64,000 nucleotides of DNA from Lytechinus pictus (taxonomy: Eukaryota): positions 46,378,001 to 46,442,000 of the forward strand of contig NC_087251.1 in assembly GCF_037042905.1 (NCBI RefSeq), given 5' to 3'. The translations under genes and the position numbers were made by a program. The notes beneath the pieces are model-generated. The model did no database searches. It was not told the origin of the DNA and saw only the letters and a list, made by a program, of their open reading frames with translations. Positions 37,873 through 51,707 of this stretch are shown here, in pieces; position 1 is the stretch's first letter; each line of letters begins with the position of its first letter.

Positions 37873-38801
37873 GGACGTTCCACAGTTAAAGTGAAATCCA
37901 TGTCATTTCACCAAACTTTGCACATAGATATTTTAGCACCTGAATATTCCAAATATGCAAAAAATTAACACGGGTCCATGTGCTTGATTTTTTTGCTATA
38001 GAGCTTCAAAGTTCACCCAAATGGATGTTCTTAAGAAATGCGCATTCAAAAGAATTTTGCCTTTTTAGACCTCACAAGATCACTACAATGAGTTTAAACC
38101 TCTATTAACTCAGTCAAAATCGATGGAAATTTCATCAAATTTCGCAATGTAGTTGATAATTGTATCATTAAGATGGAGGATCTATTTATATTGATATTTG
38201 TTTGCTCTTTCAAGTCTAACAGCACTGTCAGTTCTTAAAAATGGTGTGAAAGATCACAAAAACCCAATCTAAAAAAATGTGGAATTTCAATAAGAAACTT
38301 GAGAAGTACAAAAAATTGTGCACTTTATTCAAAACCCATGTCATCTTAACCAAACTTTGCATAGTTGTAGAGGAAGGTATACCTAAGAGGTGCAAAAATA
38401 GGGGTTCATTTGCTTGTTTTCAAACTATTAGCACTTTTATTAGGGCAAAAGTGCTTTTTAAAATACAAAAACAAGCCAAATGCTTTGTATCTATGTAAGG
38501 GAAAATTCCAAACCACTCTACCATTTATTCAAACTCGCTGTCATATTTGTCGTACTTTGCAGCACTGCAATGTAAAGTATTTTGAAATTTTTAAAGGTAT
38601 AAAAAAATGGTCCATAGAATAATTCCAGTTTATTAGCTTCATGAAATAACACATCAGATCTGCAGTTAGAGTGCAGATAATGAGAAAAATCAGCTTATAC
38701 CTACAGCTGATTAGTCACATGTTCATCCATTGTGACGTCAGCGCGCAGAGTGTAAAATATGCGCAGATCATGATGCACACAGGCATAAATGTGGAACGTC
38801 C
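37873..38801. mobile_element. Kolobok-like non-autonomous element
   Basis: TTAA|ggacgttccaca ... tgtggaacgtcc|TTAA. Confidence 0.75.
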
Positions 38802-38908
38802 TTAAACAATCTCGCCCACTTTGATCCATCTAATTTATATATTATGGTGATTACTGTCATATCCACTATTCTCTTTTCATTCTTCATGCTTGGAATTGTC
38901 TTGAAATG

Positions 38909-41900
38909 TATGAGGCGCCGAATGTACCAATATTATATAGAACAATTATTTGTTATATAATCATTATTTATTAAATAATAACTATTATTTATATATAATT
39001 TACATTTTATTTGTAAATAACTACTATTATATAAAATATCATTTCTAATTATTTATATATAATTCCAAGTAATACTTCATTATTTGTAAATAATAATAGT
39101 TCGACATTCCATTATTTATAAATAATGATTATTTGTTTTTCATTATTTATAAATAATGATTATTTGTTTTTCATTATTTATAAATAATGATTATTTGTTT
39201 TTCATTATTTATAAATAATGATTATTTGTTTTTCATTATTTATAAATAATGATTATTTGTTTTTCATTATTTATAAATAATGATTATTTGTTTTTCATTA
39301 TTTACAAATAATGATTATTTGTTTTTCATTATTTATAAATAATTTGTTGAGTTTTCCATTATTTATAAATAATGATTATTTGTTAAATAATGAAAACGTC
39401 TACTTCATTATTTATAAATAATTTTTTCGAGTGCACCATTATTCTCATTATTTATAAATAATCATTATTTAATGTTCGAGTTTTCCATTATTTATAAATA
39501 AAGATTATTTGTTAAATAATGAAATATCTACTTCATTATTTATAAATAATAATTTTGTTTCAATATCCCATTATTTATAAATAATCATTATTTATAAACA
39601 ATTTTTACAGTTTGCCATTATATACAAATAATCATTATTTATATACAAATAACCATTATTTATTAAATAATGCCATTATTTATTAAATAATGGAAAACTC
39701 GCTATAACATGCAAATGTGGGACCGCCCATGATATGAATATTCATGATGCGATTTCCTTTTTCGTGATTTTTCTTCACAAATTTTTGTCCATTTCCTCTT
39801 CATAATGACATTTCTTGAAGCAATTTTCTAGGGATATGGTCTGATTGTAATATTCTTTATTTTCTATATAACTTCGTCTTCGTAGAAATATCAAAAAGTG
39901 TAATTTTATACGATTTTTCCTACAGTTCACAATCCCCATAGGCGCGCGTGTACGGTAGGGACAACCGGTGAATCGACGGAGTGCTCTTCATCGAAATACT
40001 ACGTTGGTTGGTCCCCGGAAGTGGCGGGCGGAATTTAGCCCGAATCCTCGATGGAAGTCGATCAAGTGCATATGAGCTGAGAGAGTGAAATATCAGTGTA
40101 CTTGTACTTGTACAGGCCCTTCTACTTTTTATAAATATTTCTTGTTGCTTTTTTTGTTAAGTTAATTTTTCCTGGTGTAGAGATAAGTTTCAGTTCTAAT
40201 AATGCACTTCAAATACATTTTGGAGTGTCTGTTTGAGGCGTTTGGGGCGATTTCACCCTGGCCCCAAAATACTCGCAACGACAATACGGGGGCATGATGA
40301 CCCCTAATTTTTTAAAAACTTATTTTTCTATTGAAAATTATTACAAAATTCACCAAAAGTGTGCACGAAAGCCTTCGTATTTCACTTTTAAAACTCCAAA
40401 AAGTGCCCAAATGACAAGCTTGGTCGCTTCGCTTTTTCAAGATTTTTATGAGAAAGTTTACGCGCGTCCTGCTTCCCCCACCCCCCCCCCCCCCCGGAAA
40501 AAATTCTGCGTAAGGCCATGATGATAATGAGATAAAAATAATGAAAATGAAGTATACATAAATCAATGTGCCAGGCTCTTTAGAGCTTGGCCGTATACAG
40601 AATTTCTTTCGGAGGAGGGGGGGGGGGAAGCAGACGCGTACACTTTCTCAAGTTGAAAGCGACACAGCGAAGCGACCAAGCTTGTCATTTGGGCACTTTT
40701 TGGAGTTTTAAAAGTGAAATACGAAGGCTTTCGTGCACACTTTTGGTGAATTTTGTAATAATTTTCAATAGAAAAATAAGTTTTTAAAAAATTAGGGGTC
40801 ATCATGCCCCCGTATTGTCGTTGCGAGTATTTTGGGGCCAGGGTGAAATCGCCCCAAACGCCTCAAACAGACACTCCAAAATGTATTTGAAGTGCATTAT
40901 TAGAACTGAAACTTATCTCTACACCAGGAAAAATTAACTTAACAAAAAAAGCAACAAGAAATATTTATAAAAAGTAGAAGGGCCTGTACAAGTACAAGTA
41001 CACTGATATTTCACTCTCTCAGCTCATATGCACTTGATCGACTTCCATCGAGGATTCGGGCTAAATTCCGCCCGCCACTTCCGGGGACCAACCAACGTAG
41101 TATTTCGATGAAGAGCACTCCGTCGATTCACCGGTTGTCCCTACCGTACACGCGCGCCTATGGGGATTGTGAACTGTAGGAAAAATCGTATAAAATTACA
41201 CTTTTTGATATTTCTACGAAGACGAAGTTATATAGAAAATAAAGAATATTACAATCAGACCATATCCCTAGAAAATTGCTTCAAGAAATGTCATTATGAA
41301 GAGGAAATGGACAAAAATTTGTGAAGAAAAATCACGAAAAAGGAAATCGCATCATGAATATTCATATCATGGGCGGTCCCACATTTGCATGTTATAGCGA
41401 GTTTTCCATTATTTAATAAATAATGGCATTATTTAATAAATAATGGCATTATTTAATAAATAATGGTTATTTGTATATAAATAATGATTATTTGTATATA
41501 ATGGCAAACTGTAAAAATTGTTTATAAATAATGATTATTTATAAATAATGGGATATTGAAACAAAATTATTATTTATAAATAATGTAGATATTTCATTAT
41601 TTAACAAATAATCTTTATTTATAAATAATGGAAAACTCGAACATTAAATAATGATTATTTATAAATAATGAGAATAATGGTGCACTCGAAAAAATTATTT
41701 ATAAATAATGAAGTAGACGTTTTCATTATTTAACAAATAATCATTATTTATAAATAATGGAAAACTCAACAAATTATTTATAAATAATGAAAAACAAATA
41801 ATCATTATTTGTAAATAATGAAAAACAAATAATCATTATTTATAAATAATGAAAAACAAATAATCATTATTTATAAATAATGAAAAACAAATAATCATTA

Positions 41901-42207
41901 TTTATAAATAATGAAAAACAAATAATCATTATTTATAAATAATGAAAAACAAATAATCATTATTTATAAATAATGAAAAACAAATAATCATTATTTATAA
42001 ATAATGGAATGTCGAACTATTATTATTTACAAATAATGAAGTATTACTTGGAATTATATATAAATAATTAGAAATGATATTTTATATAATAGTAGTTATT
42101 TACAAATAAAATGTAAATTATATATAAATAATAGTTATTATTTAATAAATAATGATTATATAACAAATAATTGTTCTATATAATATTGGTACATTCGGCG
42201 CCTCATA
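38909..42207. mobile_element. 3.3-kb foldback element with inverted arms of about 1.6 kb; IS3EU-like termini
   Basis: gaaatg|TATGAGGCGCCG ... CGGCGCCTCATA|gaaatg (6-bp TSD); arms near-identical; 31-bp minisatellite in each arm. Confidence 0.85.
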
Positions 42208-43387
42208 GAAATGCCAAATACATGTAATTTATCTTTATCACTGTCTTATAGATACTGGTGTGTGGATATGTGGGAGACCATTTGTTTTTGAAGTGCCAAA
42301 ATCATGACAATGTCCTTCACCCACCTCCAAGGGTATTTTCAGAAGGGTAATTTTGTGATATCTTAATGCTTTTGTTTTATAGGTGCTTAAATATATGTTT
42401 TATATTGACTTGATTTAACCTTTCACGTTCATTTTTCCAAGCATTTGTAGGTAGTTTTTATGTACTTTTATTTTATCCTTTGTATTATTTATGTCATTAA
42501 CATGCACAACTTTGCATGGTTAAGTTGATATATCATGCAAATACATTATTATATTCCCATGAGCCAATTAAAATATTGTGTTGGTATTTAACAAAAAAAT
42601 TATTCTTCTTGTTCAAAGAAATATTTATTGTATGCGCTCAATATGTCAATGAAACATGCTAGAAATATATGTATTGTCCTTTCAGGTATTTATATTTTTC
42701 TTCTTTGATTACAAATAAAGTTAAATTAGTTAATCATAGAAAGTATGTACACATGTAAAGTTTTGCACCTATATTGAATTACTACACAATTTTGCCATCT
42801 AAGTATGCTAATCTGTCATTCAAAATTGACTGTTATCGATTACATAGTAATTCTTAATTTTCCCACACTAGTTATCCATTGTCATTTTTAAAGCCAAATT
42901 TCATTTTTTGAATTGTAATTGTATGGTGCCTGTTTGTTCCAACATATGTGCAATAAACACCCTCACACAGCTAAAATATGACCTGGGGTATACTGATGAT
43001 CTACAATTGTGTGTTTCATACACATGATCATGAGCATTGTTAAATCCTAGCATCAAAACAGTATTTCGCAAATCATGTGAAACTTTAATCTGTTTTATGT
43101 TATTCCAACAGATGGAATAGTAGTAAATAATGACAAAGGCATCTGTCTGCACTTTTAATTCCCCTTGTTAAATATTCATGTATATAGTGACATTGGACAT
43201 ATTATGACTTAGGAATTAGATTGATGCAGCTCTCAATGTAGGCTTGCAGAATTTTCTCAGTATTGGACTCAAGTTATTAGTGATCCTTTGTTGCATAACA
43301 ATATGTTGCCCCTATTTAGCCGGAGTGTGCCTCTAACACTAACACCTTTCTACCTAGCACTGGTAAACATTTATTCATTTTTGTGTA

Positions 43388-43661
43388 CAGGGTGCTACAT
43401 AAGCACTTGCCCGATTGCCCGGGGCAAGTAAAAGTAAGAGTCGGGCAAGTGTTTTGAAGTAAAGACCAAAACTACTTGCCCGCATTGGGCAAGCAAAATT
43501 CTCACAGTAGAATGACCAACTTTCTTTTGAAAAGGTAAAACTTTTTTCAAGGATTTTTTCGGGCAAGTGAAATAGATATTTGGGTAAGTATATTTCAACT
43601 ATTTAAAGATCTACATGCCCAACTGGGCAAGTGCTTCTAAAAAGTTATGTATAGCACCCTG
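43388..43661. mobile_element. Short P-element-like MITE
   Basis: cagggtgctacataa / ttatgtatagcaccctg; TTGCCCG/CGGGCAA motifs; same ends as 53515-57786. Confidence 0.7.
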
Positions 43662-45131
43662 CTGTATAAGGGAAGTTTTTACTGCACTTTTATTTCATAG
43701 TGGTTTGTACAACAGTGATGTTAAACTTTATTAGCGACACAGAATGTAACTTCTTGTGCAAAGTTGCAGTACATTTTAACAATGTTGTAGTTTTATTTCA
43801 ACTATTTTTGTTTTTATTTGGACAGATTCTGAAATGAAATGCAGTGCCTGAGTCATGTGTGTTTATTCATTGTTGTGTATTCATCGAAGAGATCATAGAT
43901 GGGTGATTTTTATATGATTATGAAATAATCAAGAACGTTTATATCAAGATATGGAATTATATTTATGAAAGTGGTGAAGTTCGTGTACAAGGTCTATATT
44001 TCCTAGGTATTCAATAAATCAAATTCATTAACATGCACATGTGTTGTTATGGTCCCTTTTGTATGAGTGGTATAATTCCTTCGTCTACAGACTTATTCAT
44101 GTTCAAATTCCTATAGCATGTATGTCAAAATGTGTTTTCTGTATGAAAAATAGGTTAGCTTGTACGATTCTGTCCACCATGTGTGGTGGCTTGAGGCATA
44201 TTGGAGGAGGGTTGTTAATCCATCCAGGGTTTTTTCTAAGAACTAAGTCTAAATATAAATTATGCATATTTTGTCAAAATTGGTTTTAAGTATACTTATA
44301 GGAGTCACAATGACATGGGGCCCATAACACAAAGGTTAGCAATCATTACATAATTTTTTAATGATTGATTGCATTGACTACATTGTCAAATTAATTGTGG
44401 ATATCAGCGTACTATTAATTCGTAACATTTGTGTTATGTGACCCTGATATAGTTTGGGGTCATCATGAGATCAAAGTTCAGGGTGAGAGAGGCCATTGTA
44501 TACTTGAAAATATCTTGTTCTTGTTCTCACTGTCAAATATGGATCATAGTTTGCATATAGGAGTGACAATGATCTGATCAGATTTGGGGTATAGGTCAAA
44601 GGTCACAGAGTTCATATGAAACTTTCCCATGGCAATGATTTTTAGCCATTTACCGAATGCTTTCATTTAGAGTTACAGTGATTTGGGGGTTACATGGTCA
44701 ATATTTTAAGGAGAATGATTCACTAAGTGCTCCCATTCATTTGGAAGAAACAATATATTAAGAGTGATGTTTCAAAATCAATGGTAACAGGGATTAAAAG
44801 TCCAGTAACACATTACACAAAGGAAATACACAGGAAGTAGGAACGCAATGGCCATGAAACAACAAAAATTATGATAGCTCAAAATTGAAGAAGAGGCAAA
44901 ATTTGTCCATCAGTTTATAAAAAAATACATGGTATTAATCTAGGTATAGAATTTTGAATGCATAGCTTGATTTCAAGCTGAAACACATCCTTAATTTTGA
45001 TTAAGAAGAAGGACTCAAAGTTCTTTTCCTCCTTTTGACAACATTATAATGTTTTTAACTTTAGCTGGCGCCATACTATATTTAGATACAGAGCCATTAG
45101 TATATTGAATGGTCCTGTTTAGAAAGATATA

Positions 45132-45949
45132 CAGTGCGTCCCAGAAAAAACGAAACCGAGATTTAGCGATGATTTATCATAACTTAATCACAAATAAAAT
45201 AGACAAATGACCTACCAATGTAAAGCTTAGAATCTTCTCTTTCATCTGATATTACTTAGATTATTTCTCCTTCACGCATGAGTGAGCAAAAACAATTTGA
45301 AGAGGGGATACCAAAAAGTCATTTAGCTGGTTGTATCTGGCTTTCAAAATGAAAACCACATATTTAAAAAGTTCAATATCTGCTCTTTAATTTGATACCT
45401 CAATTACAGAAAATGGTCAAGAAATAACATAGTTCTGGTTATTTGAAATAAGGCTTGAATTTCAATAATTTCATAAAATGAAGAGGTTTTACAGGCTAGC
45501 GTTCAAACTCACTCGACACTCCGTTTTGTTTACGATCAGCCATGCATTAAGTCTTTTGTTAACCATGCGATAGCTTCTGTGGGAAACCAGTGAAAACAGT
45601 TTATTTAATGAAATTATGGAAATTCAAGCCTTATTTCAAATAACCAGAACTTTGTTATTTCTTGACCATTTTCTGTGATTGAGGTATCAAATTAAAGAGC
45701 AGATATTGAACTTTTAAGACATGTGGTTTTCTTTTTGAAATTCAGATACCCCCGCCAAATGAGTTTTTGGTATCCTTACTTCAAATTGTTTTTGCTCACT
45801 CATGCGTGAATGAGGAATCATCTAAGTAATATCAGATGAAAGAGGAGATTCTAAGCTTTACATTGGTGGGTCATTTGTCTATTGTATTTGTGATTAAGTT
45901 ATGATAAATCATCGCTAAATCTCGGTTTCGTTTTTTCTGGGACGCACTG
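45132..45949. mobile_element. Tc1/mariner-like MITE with long TIRs (TA TSD)
   Basis: ta|cagtgcgtcccagaaaaaacgaaaccgag ... ctcggtttcgttttttctgggacgcactg|ta. Confidence 0.85.
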
Positions 45950-45984
45950 TATATTACAATAAAAAAAAAAAGATAAGTGATAGA

Positions 45985-46019
<35 letters not shown>

Positions 46020-46022
<3 letters not shown>

Positions 46023-46840
46023 TGCGTCCCACAAAAAACGAAACCGAGATTTATCGATGATTTATCATAACTTAATCACAAATACAGTAGATAAGTGACC
46101 TACCATCGTAAAGCTTAGAATCCCCTCTTTCATCTGATATTACATGTACTTAGATTATTCCTCATTCACGCATGAGTGAGCAAAAACAATTTGAAGAAAG
46201 GATACCAAAAACTCATTTGGCGGGGGTATCTGAATTTAAAAAAGAAAACCACATTTTTAAAAGTTCAATATCTGCTCTTTAATTTGATACCTTAATCACA
46301 GAAAATGGTCAAGAAGTAAAAAAGTTCTGTTCCCTCGAAACATTGCTTGTATTTCAATAATTTCATAAAATAAATGTGTTTTCACCGGTTCCCACAGAAG
46401 CTATCGCACGGTTAACACAAGTCTTAATGCATGGCTGATCGTCAACAAAACGAAGTGTCGAGTGACTCGGAACGCGAGCCTGTAAAAGCTCTTCATTTTA
46501 TGAAATTATTGACATTCAAGCTTTATTTCAAATAACCAGAACTTTGTTATTTCTTGGCCATTTTCTGTAATTTAGGTATCAAATTAAAGAGCAGATATTG
46601 AAATTTTTAAAAATGTGGTTTTCTTTTTTAAACCCAGATACAGCCCGCCAAGTGACTTTTTGGTATCCCCTCAAATTGTTTATGCTCACTCATGCGTGAA
46701 TGAAAAAATAATTTAAGTAATTTCAGATGAAAGAGGGGATTCTAAGCTTTACAATGGTAGGTCACTTGTCTATTGTATTTGCGATTAAGTTATGAAAAAT
46801 CATCGATAAATCTCGGTTTCGTTTTTTCTGGGACGCACTG
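46020..46840. mobile_element. Second copy of the same Tc1-like MITE, in opposite orientation
   Basis: Same TIRs; central unique part is reverse-complemented; inserted in (TA)n. Confidence 0.85.
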
Positions 46841-46846
46841 TATATA

Positions 46847-49800
46847 TAAACTCCCCAAAAAAAAGTTTGGAAATCTGACTTCGATCGATAATCCCTCCTC
46901 TTTTTAGTAAATATCAATGTAAATATCAATATCAATGAATATATCATTTAATTCTCTTTAAAATGATACCCTACATGATATGATTATGGTTCACATGGAG
47001 GTGCAGTGACTTGAAATGTGGGGCAAGGTCAAAATTCAAAAGTTGCAAAATGACATAATATTGAAAGTCACTGTTTATTTTTCCGTGGTAACGAGAGAGT
47101 TTCTCAGCGGTTTCTTTTGATTTTGATCGATAATCCCTCCTCGGTTTTAGTAAATATCAATGTGTATTTAATATCAATGAATAGATCATTCAATTCTCTT
47201 TAAAATGATACCCTACACAGGGGCGGATCCAGCCTTCATCAATAGGGGGGGGGGCCCGGAATTTTTTTCAGCCATATTTTTGGTTTCTTTGAAGGGGTAG
47301 TCCTAAAAGTCACTTCTTAGCTTATATTCTTATGAATTAACATAAATATATAATACCATAATCCTTATTTATATACACGTAATGCGAGCGCGAAGCGCGA
47401 GCTAAATTTTTTGGGAGATCATATGATTTTTTTCTAAAATTTTGAACATTCTGGGCAATGTTTGTTATCCTGAAAAAGATGTGTATGCAACCTAATAATT
47501 ACTACGAACGTGAAGCGCGAGCAGAAACGAACTGATGGAAAAGGTACTGTTTGCAGTTAGCCATGAAGACGTTACATATTTTTAAAGTCAAATAATGCGA
47601 GCGCGAAGCGCGAGCTGAATTTTTTTGACATTTTTACCGCAGGAATTGAAATTCTAAGCACTTTTTGTAACTTAAACAGAATAGGTATATAACTAAACAA
47701 TTGATGCGAGCGCGAAGCGCGAGCGGTAAATTTCGAGATTTAGACCTGCTGAACGAGACACTCTATTCAAGTTTTGTAGATCATGAAAAGGATGAGTAAT
47801 TGGGGAACTTCCTTACATTAATAATGCGAGCGCAAAGCGCGAGCAGAAAAGTTTTATATACGTTTTGAACTGATCGAAAATGTACCTGTTAAGGACTGCT
47901 TGCACTTAGCCATGAAGACATTACATATTTCAACAATCAAATAATGCGAGCGCGAGCTGAAAAAAAATTGACATTTCTATATAAAGGATGTAAAATTTTA
48001 ATCAATTTTTGTAATCGTGAACAGAATAGGTATATAACTAAACAATTGATGCGAGCGGAAAAAAATCGAGATTTAGACCTAAAAACGGGACACTCTATTC
48101 ATGTTTTGTAAATCATGAAAAGAATGAGTAATAAGGGATCTTCCTACATTAATAATGCGAGCACAAAGTGCGAGCAGAAAATTTATGATATTGTGATCTG
48201 AAACGGGATAATGATTTAAATAGAGAACAAGTTGACTATCTGAATAAAGTAACATGCGCGCGCGTGTTTCATATTTAGACCTAGAGTCTATAGGCATTCT
48301 AAATACATCTTTTATCATGAAAATTAAAGCGAGCGCGAAGCGCGAGATTAAACTATTTGATATTCCGATCTGAAAAAGAGTCAATTTCAGCTCTATATTT
48401 CAAGCACTTTGTAGGAAAATTGTGAGGTGGATATGGATCGCACTCAATAGAGAGCTGATATTTTTAAATCATTATTATTACTTTGAGTTTTAACATAGGA
48501 CCGGGACATCCTGAGTGAGGACATGCATATGAAAATGATGACTATCTTCCTATTCCTCTTGCTAAGTGCGAGATGAAACAAAGGACAATTTCATTATTAA
48601 ATTAATATCTTATCCATTAATGCCTAATGAGGGCGCAAAATCTGATGATATTATGGCCTGAAAACTGGACATTTCAAGCACTTTTGTAATTATAAATCAA
48701 GTTAATATATTTTAACCATTTATGCGAGCGCAAATCGCGAGCCAAATTTTTTGGAAAAAAAAAACTGCCATGAAAAGTAGAGTTTAAGTAGTTTGTTGTA
48801 TAATCAATATTGAGACATCCATAACTCGCCAATCAAAATGCGAGCGTGCAGCGCTAGCTGATACGTTTTGACAATCAGACCTGAAAAGGGATATTTTGAA
48901 AACTTTATGGAATACACAAAAATGGTAGGTACCTGATAAATCAAAATTTGCGAGTGCGCAGCACGAGCAGAAAATGTTATTATTCAGACCATAAAACTGA
49001 CATTTTTACAGGGCACTTTTTAAAAACAATTTGTAAATCACACAAAATAATGAAAGTTCGATTTCCGAGGTGAAATATGTTTGTATATTGACTTCCAAAC
49101 TTGATATTTAAACTCCATATTGAACAAGATATGATAATCACCTACTGACAGGCAATGTGAGCGCGAAGCGCGAGCGAAAAATGTTATACAGTGACATGAA
49201 AGATTCTTTTTAATTTCCAAGTCTTCCCCTCATCTTATTGCATTCACTCGTCTTCCTCCTCTTCTTTTTCTCCTTTCTTTTCCCTCCTTTCCCCCTTTTC
49301 TTTTTCTTTCTTTCTTTCCTTTTTTTTATTTTTTTGCTCCGCCAATAGGGGGGCCCGGGCCCCCCTGGATCCGCCTATGCTACATGATATGATTATGGTT
49401 CACATGGAGGTGCAGTGCCTTGAAATGTGGGGCAAGGTCAAAATTCAAAAAGTTGCAAAATGACACAATATTGAAAGTCACTTAGTGAGTTTCTCAGTGG
49501 TTTCTTTTAATTGTGTTCATGCACCTTAACATCATGCAACATTTACATGGAGTCAAACACACCTCTGCACAAGCAAACACACAACAAACAAACATGCATG
49601 GGTATTTCAAACCACAACTCAAACCATGTTATCTCACAGAACCATCACAACATAAACCACAACAAAACATAAAAAATGAAAAAGCAGGGACTTGATTTGA
49701 ATTGATTTTCATCTCTATTGACACAGACAAAAAATCATGTTCTGTATTGACCCTTCATCACTATTTCTGCTCGTTTTGCAGCTTTTAAATCAGACCTCAC

Positions 49801-50171
49801 CCAACACTTTTGAATCCTGCTCTTTTCGTGATAGTATGATCATAACAAGCATGGTATCATTTTAAAGAAAATTAAATGATCTTTTGAATGATATTAAATA
49901 TGCATTGTGTAAAATTGGGAGTTGGGAGAAATGAATGGCCAAATTCAGATTTCCAAACTTTTTTTGCTCGTTTTGCAGCTTTTAAATCAGACCTCACCCA
50001 ACACTTTTGAATCCTGCTCTTTTCATGATGGCATGATCATAACACGCATAGTACCATTTAAAAGAGAATTAAATGATCTTTTGAATGATGTCAAATATGC
50101 ATTGTGTAAAATTGGGAGTTGGGAGAAATTAATGTCCAAACACAGATTTCCAAACTTTTTTGAGGGGTTTA
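46847..50171. mobile_element. (TA)n-flanked TIR element with subterminal duplications, hosting a nested insertion
   Basis: taaactccccaaaaaaaagtttggaaatctg / cagatttccaaacttttttgaggggttta. Confidence 0.65.
47218..49379. mobile_element. Nested CA...TG element with a 5-bp TSD and periodic GCGAGCGCGAAGCGCGAG motifs
   Basis: ctaca|caggggcggatccag ... ctggatccgcctatg|ctaca; the empty site ccctacatgat is visible in the sister repeat at about 46969. Confidence 0.8.
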
Positions 50172-50476
50172 TATATATATATATACACACATGTCTCCTG
50201 TTGATATTAAAGAATGATACTACATATTCCAGAAAACAATATTCTAACAATAACTGTTTTACAGAATATGAATAGAGATATAAATATTTTTATGGATGTA
50301 TGTATGTATACATATATCTATTTATCTATCTCTCTCATTTTATCTATTCAAATTCAATTGTTTTATTTCATTTTCTGCAGAACAAAATACAATAGTCAGA
50401 TATGATTACAATGACATTTTCAAATTAAATTTAATCATACAAACAATATAAAATAATGTAGGTACAATATAAGATA

Positions 50477-50797
<321 letters not shown>

Positions 50798-51578
50798 TGT
50801 TTATTTCTTATTTATTATTTTCATTAATTCATTTATTTGGGTTCATTCATAAATTGCTTATAAACATTCATTAATTAATAAAGCAATTTATATACATTCA
50901 ATCATTTATTCATAGCTACTTAATTATTTGTTTGTTAAATTCATTTTTAAAGTTATATATTCATTCATTTATTTATTCACCAATTCATTTACTTTATTTG
51001 TTTATCAATTAATCAATTGTTAAAAAACATACAAGTCAACCTCTGGAGTCTGGACTTTTGATTTGATTCCTAGAAATTTATTTACTAGGCGCGCGGGGCG
51101 GCTTTTTTTCTGCTCAGCTCCATTCAGTTGCTACATTTTGTACACGTAGCTTTAACAGAGTGATTTCATACAACTCAATAGTAATAAATCTCGGTATCTT
51201 TAAATTCGACCACAAAGACCACCCACTCGGTACTGACTAGCCAAATTTGCGCTGTTGACTGACAAAAAAAAACCCGCAATTTTTTTTTGTATGTATGTAA
51301 AATTTAAATTATTATTATGGTCATTATATTTGAATTTAGGTCATGTCATTATCCCTTCTCGGGCTTCTCCCCTGCTTCTCCCAACCACAAGTTTCGATAG
51401 CGGCATCCCTCCTAGGTAAATTTTGTACCGAGCTGTTTTGGTCGGATTTCGAGTTTAGGCTCGTGATTATACGAGTTGTATACTTACGAGATGAAACGAC
51501 ACGGATATTAATGTTATGCGATACAGAGAGATAAAATTAGAAACATTTCGCAGCCGGGATCATTAACAAAAATTCAAG

Positions 51579-51707
51579 ATGAGGGGAATTATGCTAACAG
51601 TCACCAGCTTCGCGCTTACAGCTGCTGTCCTTGGAAATGCATATGCTCAGAAGAAGCAATTTTATCCATCCGTAGTGTATATTACCAAGTCAAATCCAAG
51701 TTTAGCG
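51579..51707 (+). CDS. SYVN1: E3 ubiquitin-protein ligase synoviolin (HRD1), first coding exon; the gene continues beyond the window
   Basis: MRGIMLTVTSFALTAAVLGNAYAQKKQFYPSVVYITKSNPSLA matches the HRD1 N-terminus (QFYP.VVY.TKS.PS.A); donor |gtgagt. Confidence 0.92.

Noticed and set aside
40294..40805. Mirror-image ORFs beginning MMTPNFLK
   Set aside because: A consequence of the inverted repeat; no recognisable domain
38909..42207. Foldback as a sequencing artefact
   Set aside because: The exact 6-bp TSD, distinct flanks, unique spacer and small arm differences favour a real element; read-level confirmation is still needed
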